Origin: an uncultured Gemmatimonadales bacterium
Lineage (GTDB): Bacteria > Gemmatimonadota > Gemmatimonadetes > Longimicrobiales > Gaopeijiaceae
DNA length: 35,983 bases
Assembly: GCA_963823035.1 (NCBI GenBank)
Contig: CAWGKG010000009.1
Span: 1-35,983 of the forward strand
Direction: 5' to 3'
Position numbers and translations under genes: made by a program. Within the stretch, counting starts at the first letter, position 1; the number at the start of each line of letters is the position of its first letter. The notes beneath the pieces were generated by a model. It made no database searches, had not been told where the DNA came from, and saw only the letters and a list, made by a program, of their open reading frames with translations. Shown here piece by piece: positions 9,863 through 19,887 of the stretch.

Positions 9863-11391
9863 CCGCGCGCGAGCTTGCCCCGGTCCACCTTCCCCAGGTG
9901 CGTGCGCGGCAGCTCGTCGAGGAAATGGACGCCGCGCGGGTACTTGTAGGCCTCCAGGCGGTCCTTCGCCCACCCCTGCAGCTCGGCCTCGAGCGTCGGG
10001 CCGGCGTCGGCGTCTTCGGCGGCCACCACGAAGGCGTGCGGCTTGACCAGCCCCTCCCCGTCCGCGACGCCCACCACCGCGACCTCGCGCACGGACGCGT
10101 GCGCGAGCAGGCAGTCCTCCAGCTCGCGTGGGCTGAACCACTTCCCGCTCACCTTGAGCATGTCGTCGGCGCGGCCGCGGTAGCTCACCCACCCCTCGGC
10201 GTCCATCGAGATCATGTCCCCCGAAGCGTACCACTCCCCCTGGAAGGCCTCGAGCGTCTTCTCGTGGTGGCGCCAGTAGCCGATCGCGCGCGACCCGCCC
10301 CGCACCCACATGCGTCCGACCTCCCCGCGCGGAAGCGCCCGCGCCTCCTCGTCGCGCACCTCCACGTCGTAGCCCGGCACGACCTTGCCGAGCGTGCCCG
10401 GTCGGACGTCGCCGACGCGGTTGGAGATGAAGATGTGCCACATCTCCGAGGTCCCCAGCCCGTCGAGCAGCGGCACCCCGAACGTCTCGTTCCAGCGGCG
10501 GTGCAGCTCCTCGGGAAGCGCCTCGCCGGCCGACGTGGACAGGCGGAGCGACGAAAGGTCGCGCGCCTCGGCGCCGGGGTGCGCGAGGAGCTTGCCGACC
10601 ATCGTGGGGACGTTGACCAGGACGGTGGGGCGGAAGCGCTCGATCCGGTCGAAGAGCGTCTCGGGCGTGCACCGCTCCGGGAAGAGGGCCGCGGTCGCGC
10701 CGACGCTGAAGGGGAAGAGGAGGTTGATGCCCGTGGCGTAGCCGAAGAAGAGCTTCGGTACGGAGATCGTGACGTCGTCCGGCGCCATCTCCAGGACACC
10801 GTGCCCGTAGCGCACGGTGGCGTTCACGTACGAGCGGTGCGGCTGTACCACGCCCTTCGGGTGACCCGTGGTGCCGCCGCTGAACAGCCAGATCGCGGGG
10901 TCGTCGCGGTGGGACGGCCACGGGTCCAGCTCCTCGGAAGCCGTCGCCAGGTCGCGCGTGAACGCCGCGCCGCCCACCTCGAGAAGCCGCGGCGGGTGCG
11001 CCACCTCCCCGGCGGCTTCCCGGAACGCGTCGGCGCCGGCGGCGTCCACGAGGATCGCCCGCGCGCCCGTGTACTCGTAGAACCAGCCGATCTGCTCGCG
11101 GCCCAGCCCGGGGTTGAGCATGATGACCACGCCGCCCATGCGCAGCGCCCCGAAGAAGGCGCCCACGAAGTCGACCCCGTCGGGGAGCGCGATCAGCACC
11201 CGCTCCTCCGGGCGGACGCCGGCCGCGATCAGGGCGTTGCCGTAGCGGTTGGCCAGCCTGTGCACGTCCCCGTACGTACGCGCGCCCGCGTCGGTGAGGA
11301 GCGCGCGCCGCCCCTCCTGGCCGGCCGCGATGCGGTCGCCGAGGAAGTACTCCGAGACGTTCAGCCGTTCGGGGGGCGGGAGGAGGGTCAT
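9859..11391 (-). CDS. Benzoate-CoA ligase family protein; probable 2-aminobenzoate-CoA ligase (AbmG-like)
   Basis: AMP-binding motifs FSGGTTGHPKG, PKLFFGYATG, SAGEALP, DGLGTSEMWHIF, GRADDMLKVSG, LPRTHLGK; adjacent to an abmA cluster. Confidence 0.9.
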   Translation of the reverse strand: MTLLPPPERLNVSEYFLGDRIAAGQEGRRALLTDAGARTYGDVHRLANRYGNALIAAGVRPEERVLIALPDGVDFVGAFFGALRMGGVVIMLNPGLGREQIGWFYEYTGARAILVDAAGADAFREAAGEVAHPPRLLEVGGAAFTRDLATASEELDPWPSHRDDPAIWLFSGGTTGHPKGVVQPHRSYVNATVRYGHGVLEMAPDDVTISVPKLFFGYATGINLLFPFSVGATAALFPERCTPETLFDRIERFRPTVLVNVPTMVGKLLAHPGAEARDLSSLRLSTSAGEALPEELHRRWNETFGVPLLDGLGTSEMWHIFISNRVGDVRPGTLGKVVPGYDVEVRDEEARALPRGEVGRMWVRGGSRAIGYWRHHEKTLEAFQGEWYASGDMISMDAEGWVSYRGRADDMLKVSGKWFSPRELEDCLLAHASVREVAVVGVADGEGLVKPHAFVVAAEDADAGPTLEAELQGWAKDRLEAYKYPRGVHFLDELPRTHLGKVDRGKLARG

Positions 11392-11399
11392 GGTGCGTC

Positions 11400-11429
11400 A
11401 CGATACGGCAGGGCTAGAATAGCGGTCAA
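11400..11429 (-). promoter_or_regulatory. Candidate sigma70 promoter TTGACC-N18-TATCGT for the CoA ligase, overlapping a plus-strand TAGAAT
   Basis: The -10 ends 8 nt before the ATG at 11391; TAGAAT at 11415-11420 lies on the plus strand upstream of the divergent operon. Confidence 0.5.
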
Positions 11430-11479
11430 TTCGCGCCCCCGGCCGAGGCGACCACGCCGCCGGCACCCCACTGGAGACG

Positions 11480-12232
11480 ATGCCGATCCACCGACTCGCC
11501 GACATGACCTGGGAGGAGGTGCACGCCCTCGATCGATCGCGGGCGGTGGCCATCCTACCGGTCGGCGCGATGGAGGCGCACGGGCCTCACCTCCCGCTCG
11601 CCACGGACGGGATCATCGCCGAGGCCATGGCGCGGGCCTGCGCCCGGACGCTCGCCGCGGACGGGCGTCCCGCCGTGCTGCTTCCCGTCCTGTGGGCGAC
11701 GCACGCCGGCTTCGCCTCGGCGTTTCCCGGCACCGTGAGCGTCTCTCCTTCGACCGTGACCGCGCTCGTCCGGGAGATCGCCGCCTCGCTGGCCGACCAG
11801 GGCTTCGCGGCGACGGCCGTCGCGAACGCCCACCTCGACCCGGCCCACCTGGCGTCGCTGCGGGCGGCGTGCGCCGAGCCCGTGGGGGGGATGCCCCTCG
11901 CGTTCGTCGACCTGACGCGCAGGGCCGTCGCCGAGCGGCTCACCGAGGAGTTCCGCACGGGCGCGTGCCACGCGGGACGCTTCGAGGGGAGCGTGGTGCT
12001 GGCGGAAGCGCCCGCCCTCGTCCGCGAGGGCGTCGCCGCCGGGCTCGAGCCCAACCCGGCCTCGCTCTCCACGGCGATCCGCGCGGGCGCCACCACCTTC
12101 GTGGAGGCCGGCGGGCCGCGTGCCTACTTCGGCTGGCCCGCGGACGCCACGGCGGAGGAGGGGCGGGAGACCGTGCGCACGCTCGGCACCCTTCTGGCCG
12201 AAGCCGTGCGCTCCGCTCTGGAGGCGACGTGA
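11480..12232 (+). CDS. Creatininase / creatinine amidohydrolase family protein
   Basis: MTWEEV, LPVGAMEAHGPHLPLATD, NAHLDPAH, HAGRFEGS, YFGWPADATAEEG; GGAGA RBS. Confidence 0.92.
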   Translation: MPIHRLADMTWEEVHALDRSRAVAILPVGAMEAHGPHLPLATDGIIAEAMARACARTLAADGRPAVLLPVLWATHAGFASAFPGTVSVSPSTVTALVREIAASLADQGFAATAVANAHLDPAHLASLRAACAEPVGGMPLAFVDLTRRAVAERLTEEFRTGACHAGRFEGSVVLAEAPALVREGVAAGLEPNPASLSTAIRAGATTFVEAGGPRAYFGWPADATAEEGRETVRTLGTLLAEAVRSALEAT

Positions 12233-13009
12233 AGGAGCTGACCGGACGGGCGGCCCTGGTCACCGGCGGAGGGCGGGGGATCGGCGCAGCCACCGCCCTC
12301 GCCCTCGCGAGGGCCGGCGCCGCGGTCGCCGTCGCGGCGCAGCAACATGGACCAGGTGGTCGAGGTGGCGGCCGCGCTGCGCAAGGACGGCTACGAGGCC
12401 TACGCCTTCCGCTGCGACGTCACGCGCCTGCACGACGTGCGCGACGTGGCGCTCGGCGCCCGCGAGGCGATGGGGCACGTGGACATCCTCGTGAACAACG
12501 CGGGGACCGCGACCTCCAACCCGCTCAAGCGGATCACGCTGAACGAGTGGAACCACGTCCTGGCGGTCAACGCCACGGGCACCTTCCTGTGCACGCAGGC
12601 GCTCGTGCCCGGGATGGTCGAGCGGAGCTGGGGCCGCGTGGTCAACGTCGCCTCGGTGGCGGGCGTCGCCGGCGCGCGCTACATCGCGGCGTACGCCGCC
12701 TCCAAGCACGCCGTGGTCGGCTTCACCCGGTCGGTGGCCGCGGAGGTGGGCGGACGGGGCGTCACCGTGAACGCGGTGTGCCCCGGCTACGTGGACACGC
12801 CGCTCACGGACGAGTCGATCGCGCGCATCATGGCCCGCACGGGCGTGGACCGGGAGGAGGCGCTGGGCCTCCTGCTCGCGGAGGCGGGCCAGCCGCGGCT
12901 GATCCGTGCGTCCGAGGTGGCGGACCGGATCGTGGCGCTGTGCCTCGAGGGATCGGGGGACATCAACGGGGAGGCCATCGTGATGGACGGACGGGGCGTG
13001 GCGAAGTGA
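12229..13009 (+). CDS. SDR family oxidoreductase (AbmB-like), frameshift near 12340
   Basis: ALVTGGGRGIG in one frame; ILVNNAG, YAASK, VNAVCPGYVDT in the next; GTG start overlaps the upstream stop. Confidence 0.92.
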
Positions 13010-13419
13010 CGTACGAGGCGATCAACCCCGAAGAGCTGGGCGCGCCGCGCGGGTGGACGAACGGCATGCTGGGGCCGGCGGACGGGCGTATCCTCTTCGT
13101 GGCCGGGCAGGACGCGTCCGTGCCGGAGGGGGAGGTGGACGAGGACGACTTCATCGAGCAGTTCTCCACCGCGCTGCACAAGGCGGTGACCGTGGTGCGC
13201 GAGGCCGGCGGCGGCCCCGAGGACATCGGCCGCATCACGATCTTCGTGACCGACGTCGCGGAGTACCGGGCGCGGCGCGGCGAGCTGCGCGATGCCTGGC
13301 GCGCGCACATGGGGCGGCACTATCCGGCGATGGCGCTCATGCAGGTCGAGGCCCTCGTCGACCCGCGCGCGAAGGTCGAGATCGAGGCGACGGCGATCAT
13401 CCGCGACTTCAGCGTATAG
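13006..13419 (+). CDS. RidA/YjgF family protein (AbmF-like)
   Basis: INPEELGAPRGWTNG, LFVAGQ, GRHYPAMALMQVEALVDPRAKVEIEATA. Confidence 0.92.
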   Translation: MTYEAINPEELGAPRGWTNGMLGPADGRILFVAGQDASVPEGEVDEDDFIEQFSTALHKAVTVVREAGGGPEDIGRITIFVTDVAEYRARRGELRDAWRAHMGRHYPAMALMQVEALVDPRAKVEIEATAIIRDFSV

Positions 13420-13465
13420 ACTGCGGGCCACGCGACCGCAGCATCCCTGCCACGAGGACCACGAC

Positions 13466-14264
13466 GTGTTCGAGCCCCGATCCTTCCGCTACGAGCTCGA
13501 CGCCGACGCGGGCGTCGCGACGCTGACGCTGGACCGACCCGAGCGGCTCAACGCCCTCACCTTCGAGGCGTACGACGAGCTGCGGCGCATCTTCCCGGCG
13601 CTCTCCGCGGAGAAGGCCGTGCGCGTGGTGGTCATCACCGGCTCGGGGCGCGCGTTCTGCTCGGGAGGGGACGTCGAGGACATCATCGGCGCCCTCTTCG
13701 CGCGCGACTTCCGCGGGCTCCTCGAGTTCACGCGCATGACGTGCGACGTGGTGCGCGAGATCCGCGCCTGCCGCAAGCCGGTGATCGGCGCGCTCAACGG
13801 GACCGTGGCGGGTGCCGGCGCGGTGATCGCCACCGCCTGCGACCTGCGCGTGGCGGCCGAGTCCGCGAAGATCGCCTACCTGTTCACGCGCGTCGGGCTC
13901 TCCGGGGCCGACATGGGCGCGGCGTGGATGCTCCCCCGCATCGTGGGCCTCGCCAAGGCGTCGGAGCTGCTCATGACGGGCGACTTCATCAGCGCGCAGG
14001 AGGCGCACCGCATCGGGCTCTACAACCGGGTGGTGCCGGACGGGGAGGCGCTGCCCGCCGCGCTGGAGCTGGCGCGCAAGCTGTCGAAGGGCCCGTCCTT
14101 CGCGATCGAGATCACCAAGGACGCGCTCGGGCGCGAGGCCGCGATGGACCTGCCTTCCGCGCTCGAGGCGGAGGCGCAGATCCAGGCCGCGCTCATGATG
14201 CACCCCGACTTCCGCGAGTCGTACGACGCCTTCGTGGCCAAGCGCGAGGCGGAAGTTCCTGTGA
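13466..14264 (+). CDS. Enoyl-CoA hydratase family protein (AbmC-like); true stop shifted out of frame by an indel near 14250
   Basis: TLDRPERLNAL, AFCSGGDV, GTVAGAG, LFTRVGLSGADMG. Removing one G gives KREAKFL* ending at TGA 14262-14264. Confidence 0.9.
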
Positions 14265-15433
14265 GGGCGGTGGACACGGCCGGCGTGCGCGCGCTCCTGG
14301 ACGAGCGGCACGCGACGTGGGCGGCCGAGGTCTCCGCGTTCGCGCGTAGCGCGCTGGCGCCGCGTCCCGAGCCGGAGGGCGACGCGGCCGGGAGGGTGGA
14401 GGCGCGCGCCCTCCTGGCTGCGATGGGTGCCGCCCGCGTGTTCGCGCCGATCGGCGCGCGCGACCTGCGCGGCTGCTGCCTGGCTCGCGAGGCCGTCGCG
14501 GCCGCCTCGCCCCTCGCGGACGCGGTGTGGGCGCTCCAGGGGCTCGGAATCACGCCGCTCCTCCTCGCCGGAAGCGAGGAGCAGAAGGAGCGCTGGGTGG
14601 CGCGCGGCCTGGCCGGCGACGCGATGGGCGCGTTCGCGATCACGGAGCCCGAAGCCGGCTCGGACGTGGCGAGCCTGACGACGCGCGCGACGCGGGACGG
14701 CGACGCCTGGGTGCTGGACGGCCGCAAGTGCCTCATCAGCAACGCGGGGATCGCGGACTGGTACGTCACCTTCGCGTCGACCGACCCCGAACGGGGGAGC
14801 CGGGGCATCACCGCCTTCCTCGTTCCGGCGGACGCGCCCGGGCTCGCGTTCGCGGGCGCGCAGGTGATGAGCGCGGCGCATCCGCTCGGTGAGCTGGTCT
14901 TCGAGGGATGCCGGGTGCCGGCGTCGGCGGTGATCGGCGAGGTGGGCGCCGGCTTCAAGCTGGGGATGGCGACGCTCGACCAGCTCCGCCCGACCGTGGG
15001 CGCCGCCGCGTGCGGCATGGCCCGCCGCGCCCTGGACGAGGCCCTCGACCACGCGCTCGGGCGCGTGCAGTTCGGCAAGCCCCTCTCCGACTTCCAGATC
15101 GTGCAGGAGAAGCTCGGGCGCATGGCCATCGAGCTGGACGCGGCGCGGCTGCTCGTCTACCGGGCGGCGTGGGAGAAGGACCACGGGGCGGAGCGCATCA
15201 CGCTGGAGGCCGCGATGGCGAAGGCGTACGCCACGGAGGCGGCGCAGCGCGTGATCGACCAGGCCGTGCAGATCCTGGGCGGGAAGGGCGTGCTGGCGTC
15301 GAGCGTGGTCGACCGCCTGTACCGGTCGGTGCGGGCGCTGCGCATCTACGAGGGCACCACGGAGATCCAGCACCTCATCGTGGCGGGCCGTATCCTCGCG
15401 GACGCGAAGGAAACGCAGGAGGCACGCGCTTGA
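14261..15433 (+). CDS. Acyl-CoA dehydrogenase (AbmD-like)
   Basis: [57 protein letters not shown] overlap with the upstream gene. Confidence 0.93.
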   Translation: MRAVDTAGVRALLDERHATWAAEVSAFARSALAPRPEPEGDAAGRVEARALLAAMGAARVFAPIGARDLRGCCLAREAVAAASPLADAVWALQGLGITPLLLAGSEEQKERWVARGLAGDAMGAFAITEPEAGSDVASLTTRATRDGDAWVLDGRKCLISNAGIADWYVTFASTDPERGSRGITAFLVPADAPGLAFAGAQVMSAAHPLGELVFEGCRVPASAVIGEVGAGFKLGMATLDQLRPTVGAAACGMARRALDEALDHALGRVQFGKPLSDFQIVQEKLGRMAIELDAARLLVYRAAWEKDHGAERITLEAAMAKAYATEAAQRVIDQAVQILGGKGVLASSVVDRLYRSVRALRIYEGTTEIQHLIVAGRILADAKETQEARA

Positions 15434-17789
15434 AGATCGTGTGCGTCGGCGGCGGTCCGGCCGGGCTGTACTTCGCGATCCTCATGAAGCGCGCCGATGC
15501 CGCGCACGAGATCGTGGTGCTCGAGAGGAACCGCGCGGACGACACGTTCGGCTTCGGCGTCGTGTTCAGCGACGCCACGATCGCGCAGGTGGAGAGCGCC
15601 GACGAGACGACGTACCGGGCCATCACCGACCACTTCGTGCACTGGGACGACATCGACGTGCACTACGGTGGCCGCGTGGTCCGCTCGACGGGGCACGGCT
15701 TCGCGGGGATGGGCCGGCACACGCTGCTCCGCGTCCTGCAGGAGCAGGCGGCCGCGGTGGGCGTCGACGTGCGCTACGAGACGGAGCTGTCCGACCTCGG
15801 CGCGCTGGGCGACGCGGACCTGATCGTGGGGGCGGACGGCGTGAACTCGACCGTGCGCGCGCTCCTCGAGGACGACTTCGGCCCGACGTTCGACTGGCGC
15901 CCCAACCGCTTCGTGTGGTTGGGGACGACGAAGCCCTTCCCGGCCTTCACCTTCTACTTCCGCGAGAACGAGCACGGACTCTGGCGGGTGCACGCGTACC
16001 AGTACGAGCGAGGGGAACACGGCGCGAGCACGTTCATCGTGGAGTGCACGGAGGAGACCTGGCGGGCCGCCGGGATGGACGAAGCGACCGAGGAGGAGAC
16101 GGCGGCCTACTGCGAGGCGCTCTTCGCGGAGGAGCTGGAGGGCCATGCGCTCGTGCGGAACCGGTCCCTGTGGCGGAGCTTCCCGACGGTGCGCTGCGCG
16201 CGGTGGTGGAGCGGGAACGTGGTGCTGCTCGGGGACGCGGTGCACACGGCGCACTTCTCGGTGGGCTCGGGGACACGCATGGCGATGCTGGACGCGATCG
16301 CGCTGCGGGACGCGGTGATGCGGGAGTGGGACGTATCAGGCTCCCCCCACCAGAAGGGGTCGCACCAGGCGGCGGGCGACGCCATGCCTCCACCGGCCGA
16401 CCCCCTGGCCCGCGCCCTCGCCGCCTACGAGGCCGAGCGCCGCCCCCAGGTCGAGTCGCTCCAGCGCGCCGCGCAGGCGAGCCTGGAGTGGTTCGAGGCC
16501 ACCGAGCGCTACATGGACCTCGACCCCGTCCAGTTCGCCTTCACCCTCCTCACGCGCAGCCTGCGCATCACGCACGCCGACCTGAAGGTGCGCGACCCGG
16601 CCTTCACCGCGGAGGTCGACACCTGGGTCGCGGAGCGGGCGGAGCGAGCAGAGCCGGGTGCCGGTGCCGCGCCGCCCGCTCCCGCCTCCCATGTTCACGC
16701 CCTTCCGCCTCCGCGACCTGGTCGTGCCCAACCGCGTGGTCGTGTCACCCATGTGCCAGTACTGCGCCGAGGACGGCACCGTGGGCGACTGGCACGTCCA
16801 ACACCTCGGCAGCCGCGCGGTGGGTGGGGCGGGGCTGGTCTACGCGGAGATGACCGACGTCTCCCCCGAGGCGCGCATCAGCACCGGGTGCGCCGGCCTG
16901 TACGCCCCCGTGCACGCCGCGGCCTGGAAGCGCGTGGTCGACTTCGTGCACGGCTCCACCGACGCGAAGATCGCCGTGCAGCTCGGGCACGCGGGCCGCA
17001 AGGCCGCGACGAAGTTCCTCTGGGAGGGCGACGCCGAGCCCCTCCCGGAGAAGGAGGCGTGGGAGATCGTGTCCGCCTCGCCGATCCCCTACTTCGCGGA
17101 CCGCAGCCAGACGCCGCGCGCGCTCAACGCGTCGCGACATGGACGAGGTCGTGGCGGATTACGTGCGCGCCACCGGGTACGCGCTCGAGGCCGGGTTCGA
17201 TCTCCTCGAGATCCACATGGCGCACGGCTACCTCCTCGCCTCGTTCATCTCGCCGCTCACGAACCGGCGCACGGACGAGCACGGCGGCTCGCTCGAGAAC
17301 CGCATGCGCTTCCCGCTCGAGGTGTTCGACGCGTGCCGCGCCGCGTGGCCCGACGAGCGGCCCATGAGCGTACGCGTCAGCGCGGTGGACTGGGCGCCCG
17401 GCGGCATGCAGCCCGAGGACACGGTGCGGGTGGCGGGCATGCTCGCCGCGCACGGCTGCGACGCAATCGACGTCTCGGCCGGGCAGACCGTGCCGTACCA
17501 GAAGCCCGTCTACGGCAGGCTCTTCCAGACGCCCTTCGCCGATCGCGTGCGCCACGAGGTGGACATCGCCACGATGGCGGTCGGCAACGTGTCGAGCTGG
17601 ATGGACGTCAACACGATCGTGGCGGCCGGCCGGGCGGACCTCTGCCTCCTGGCCCGCGCGCACCTCTTCGATCCGTACTGGACGCGCCACGCGGCCGCCA
17701 TGCAGGGGTGGGAGCTGCCGTGGCCGCCCCAGTACCGCTCGGTCGAGCGCTACACGCCGCGCTTCGAGTTCCACTTCGGCGGGGAGTAG
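15430..17789 (+). CDS. abmA: 2-aminobenzoyl-CoA monooxygenase/reductase (bifunctional salicylyl-CoA 5-hydroxylase/oxidoreductase family); frameshifts near 16660 and 17130
   Basis: TTG start. FAD monooxygenase domain ([42 protein letters not shown]) joined to an Old Yellow Enzyme domain ([44 protein letters not shown]). Confidence 0.92.
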
Positions 17790-17830
17790 GCGACGCTCGT
17801 CGTCGCGCCGCGCGTCTCCCCGGGCGGTCT

Positions 17831-19380
17831 TCAGCCCCCCGCGCGCTCCGGTGTGCCGGAACGTCCCCAGGTCCTCCACCTCCACGCCCGTGATGTGGGC
17901 GCGCTCGTCGAGCGTGAACGTCACGAACGAGCGCCCGTCGCCCGCCCGACGCCACGTCCCCCGGAAGATGTCGTGGTGCCAGTGCTCGAGGTCGGCGACG
18001 AAGTCCGGGGAGTAGTGGATCACGAGATGGCCGCTCTCCTGCGTCACGCTCAGCTCTCCCCACAGGTCGCTCTCGTACGTCCCCGCGTAGCTCGTGGAGC
18101 GGGACGAGGGCGACGTTCCCTCGAGCCGGGACGCCGCCAGCACCTCGGCGCGCTCCGCCGCCCGCGCCCGGCTCCGCTTCGCCAGCTCCAGGTACTCCGC
18201 GTTCCAGTCCGTGGCCGGCGCGCCCAGGAGGGCGTCGAGCACGCGGTACATCAGCGCGAGCTGGAGGTTGCTGCTCGACAGGTTGGCGATCGCCACCACG
18301 CCGATCCCCTCCGACGGGATGAAGCCGATCTGCGTGCGCGTGTAGTTGATCGACCCGGAGTGGTGCACGAGCACGCGCCCGCGGTAGTCCTGCACGTTCC
18401 ACCCGAAGCCGTACGCCTTGAAGTGCGTGTCCGGGAACATGCGCGCGTCCACGCTGTCGAGGCGGATGATCGTCTGCGGCGTACGCATCTCGGCGATCAC
18501 CGAGTCCGAGAGCAGGCGATGTCCGCCGTACGTGCCCCCGGCGATCTGCATGCGCAGCCACTGCCCCATGTCGCGCACGCTCGACCAGATCGCCCCGGCC
18601 CCGCCGATGTTGTCGTAGTTCCGCCGCGGCACCACCTGGATCCCCCCGTCGATCTCGTCGTGCGACGACGACACGTCGTCGCGTTGCTCGACGACGGCCG
18701 CGCGCGTCGTGCTACGCGTCATCCCGAGCGGGTCGAAGATCCTCTGCTGGACGAAGTCGTCCCACCCCATCCCGGAAGCGCGCCCCACCACCTCGCCGGC
18801 GGTGACGAACATCAGGTTGTTGTAGCCGTACTGCGACCGGAAGCTCGACGCCTGCGGCAGCCAGCGGAGATGGCGGAGGATCTGCTCGCGGTCGAAGGGC
18901 GCCGCGATCCACAGGTTGTCGTCGCGCGCGAGGCCGGCGCGGTGCGTGAGCAGGTCGCGCACCGTCATCTCCCGCGTGACGTACGGGTCGGCGACCTCGA
19001 ACCCGGGGAGGAACTTCGTGACCGGATCGTCCCACGAGAGCTTCCCCTCGTCGACGAGCATGCCGAGCGAGGCCGCGGTGAACGCCTTCGACGTCGAGGC
19101 GATCGCGAAGAGCGTGTTCGCGTCGACGGCGCCCGGCTTCCCCAGCTCCCGCACGCCGTATCCCTTCGCGAAGATCACCGAGTCGCCCTTCACGACGGCG
19201 ATCGCGAGCCCGGGTACCGCCCACTCCTTCATGGCCGACTCGATGGTAGCGGTCGAGGCCGGCGAGGGGCGCGGCCTGGGCCGCGGCGGCGTGGGGGACG
19301 ACCAGGCACGCGGCGGCGAGGAGCGCACGTCGAACGGCGTGGAAGGACGGGGCGGCTGCGTGACCGGGGCGACGCGCCAT
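17831..19380 (-). CDS. Secreted serine hydrolase, beta-lactamase/PBP-like with DUF3471-like C-terminus; frameshifts near 19245, 18100 and 17835
   Basis: Signal peptide ending AAAAQ; FAIASTSKAF (SxxK), DLLTHRAG, YGYNN (YxN), HSGS; C-terminal YAGTYESDLWG. Confidence 0.88.
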
Positions 19381-19466
19381 GGGGACTCCGGCTGCGTGGG
19401 GGACGAGGTCGATCGGCCGCAACCTACCTCCCGCACGCGGGAGGCGCAGCGAGTGCCCCGGCCGCC

Positions 19467-19510
19467 TTGCCCTTCCGCGGTCCCTGGACTAATATGCAAG
19501 ACGCATAAAA
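19467..19510 (+). promoter_or_regulatory. Candidate sigma70 promoter TTGCCC-N17-TAATAT with overlapping palindrome TATGC-N5-GCATA (putative PadR operator)
   Basis: -35 at 19467-19472, -10 at 19490-19495, inverted repeat at 19493-19507, just upstream of the PadR ATG. Confidence 0.6.
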
Positions 19511-19525
19511 CTAATCCGAGGCGCC

Positions 19526-19887
19526 ATGCCCAAGCCCCCGACACCACCCCCGCGCACCTTCCGCTCAAGGCCGCGCACCACCTCACCCTCCTCCTCCTGG
19601 CGCAGGAGCCCACGTACGGCGTGGAGCTCCTGGAGCGCCTCGAGGCTCGCTCGAACGGGACGATCCGCCTCAACGCCGGCTCGCTCTACCGCATGATCGC
19701 GCAGCTCGTCGCGGACGGGCTGGTGGAGCCGATCGAGGAGCGGGCGAACCCCGCGGGGGTGGGCGCGCCCCGCAAGCTCTACGGCGTGACGGAGCTGGGG
19801 CGAGCCGTGCTGCGGGCCGAGGCGGAGCGGCAGGCCGGCCTGCTCGAGATGGCCCGCGACCTGGATCTCCTCGGAGAGAAGCGGTGA
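19526..19887 (+). CDS. PadR family transcriptional regulator, frameshift near 19535
   Basis: LLLLAQEPTYGVELL, LNAGSLYRMIAQL, RKLYGVTELGRAVLRAE. Confidence 0.9.

Noticed and set aside
11480..12232. Mycofactocin peptidase MftE or RiPP maturation role
   Set aside because: No radical SAM enzyme, precursor peptide or chaperone is present, and the context is aromatic catabolism.
9343..13419. 1358-aa plus-strand ORF
   Set aside because: A chimera of the antisense shadow of the CoA ligase, off-frame sequence, the SDR N-terminus and RidA; stop codons are scarce at this GC content.
13292..15433. Enoyl-CoA hydratase / acyl-CoA dehydrogenase fusion (713 aa)
   Set aside because: Removing one G near 14250 gives a typical ending KREAKFL* with a GTGA overlap like the neighbouring junctions; most likely an indel artefact.
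15430..17789. AbmA split into three genes or produced by programmed frameshifting
   Set aside because: The pieces are collinear parts of one known two-domain protein, no slippery heptamer is evident, and similar indels occur throughout the window.
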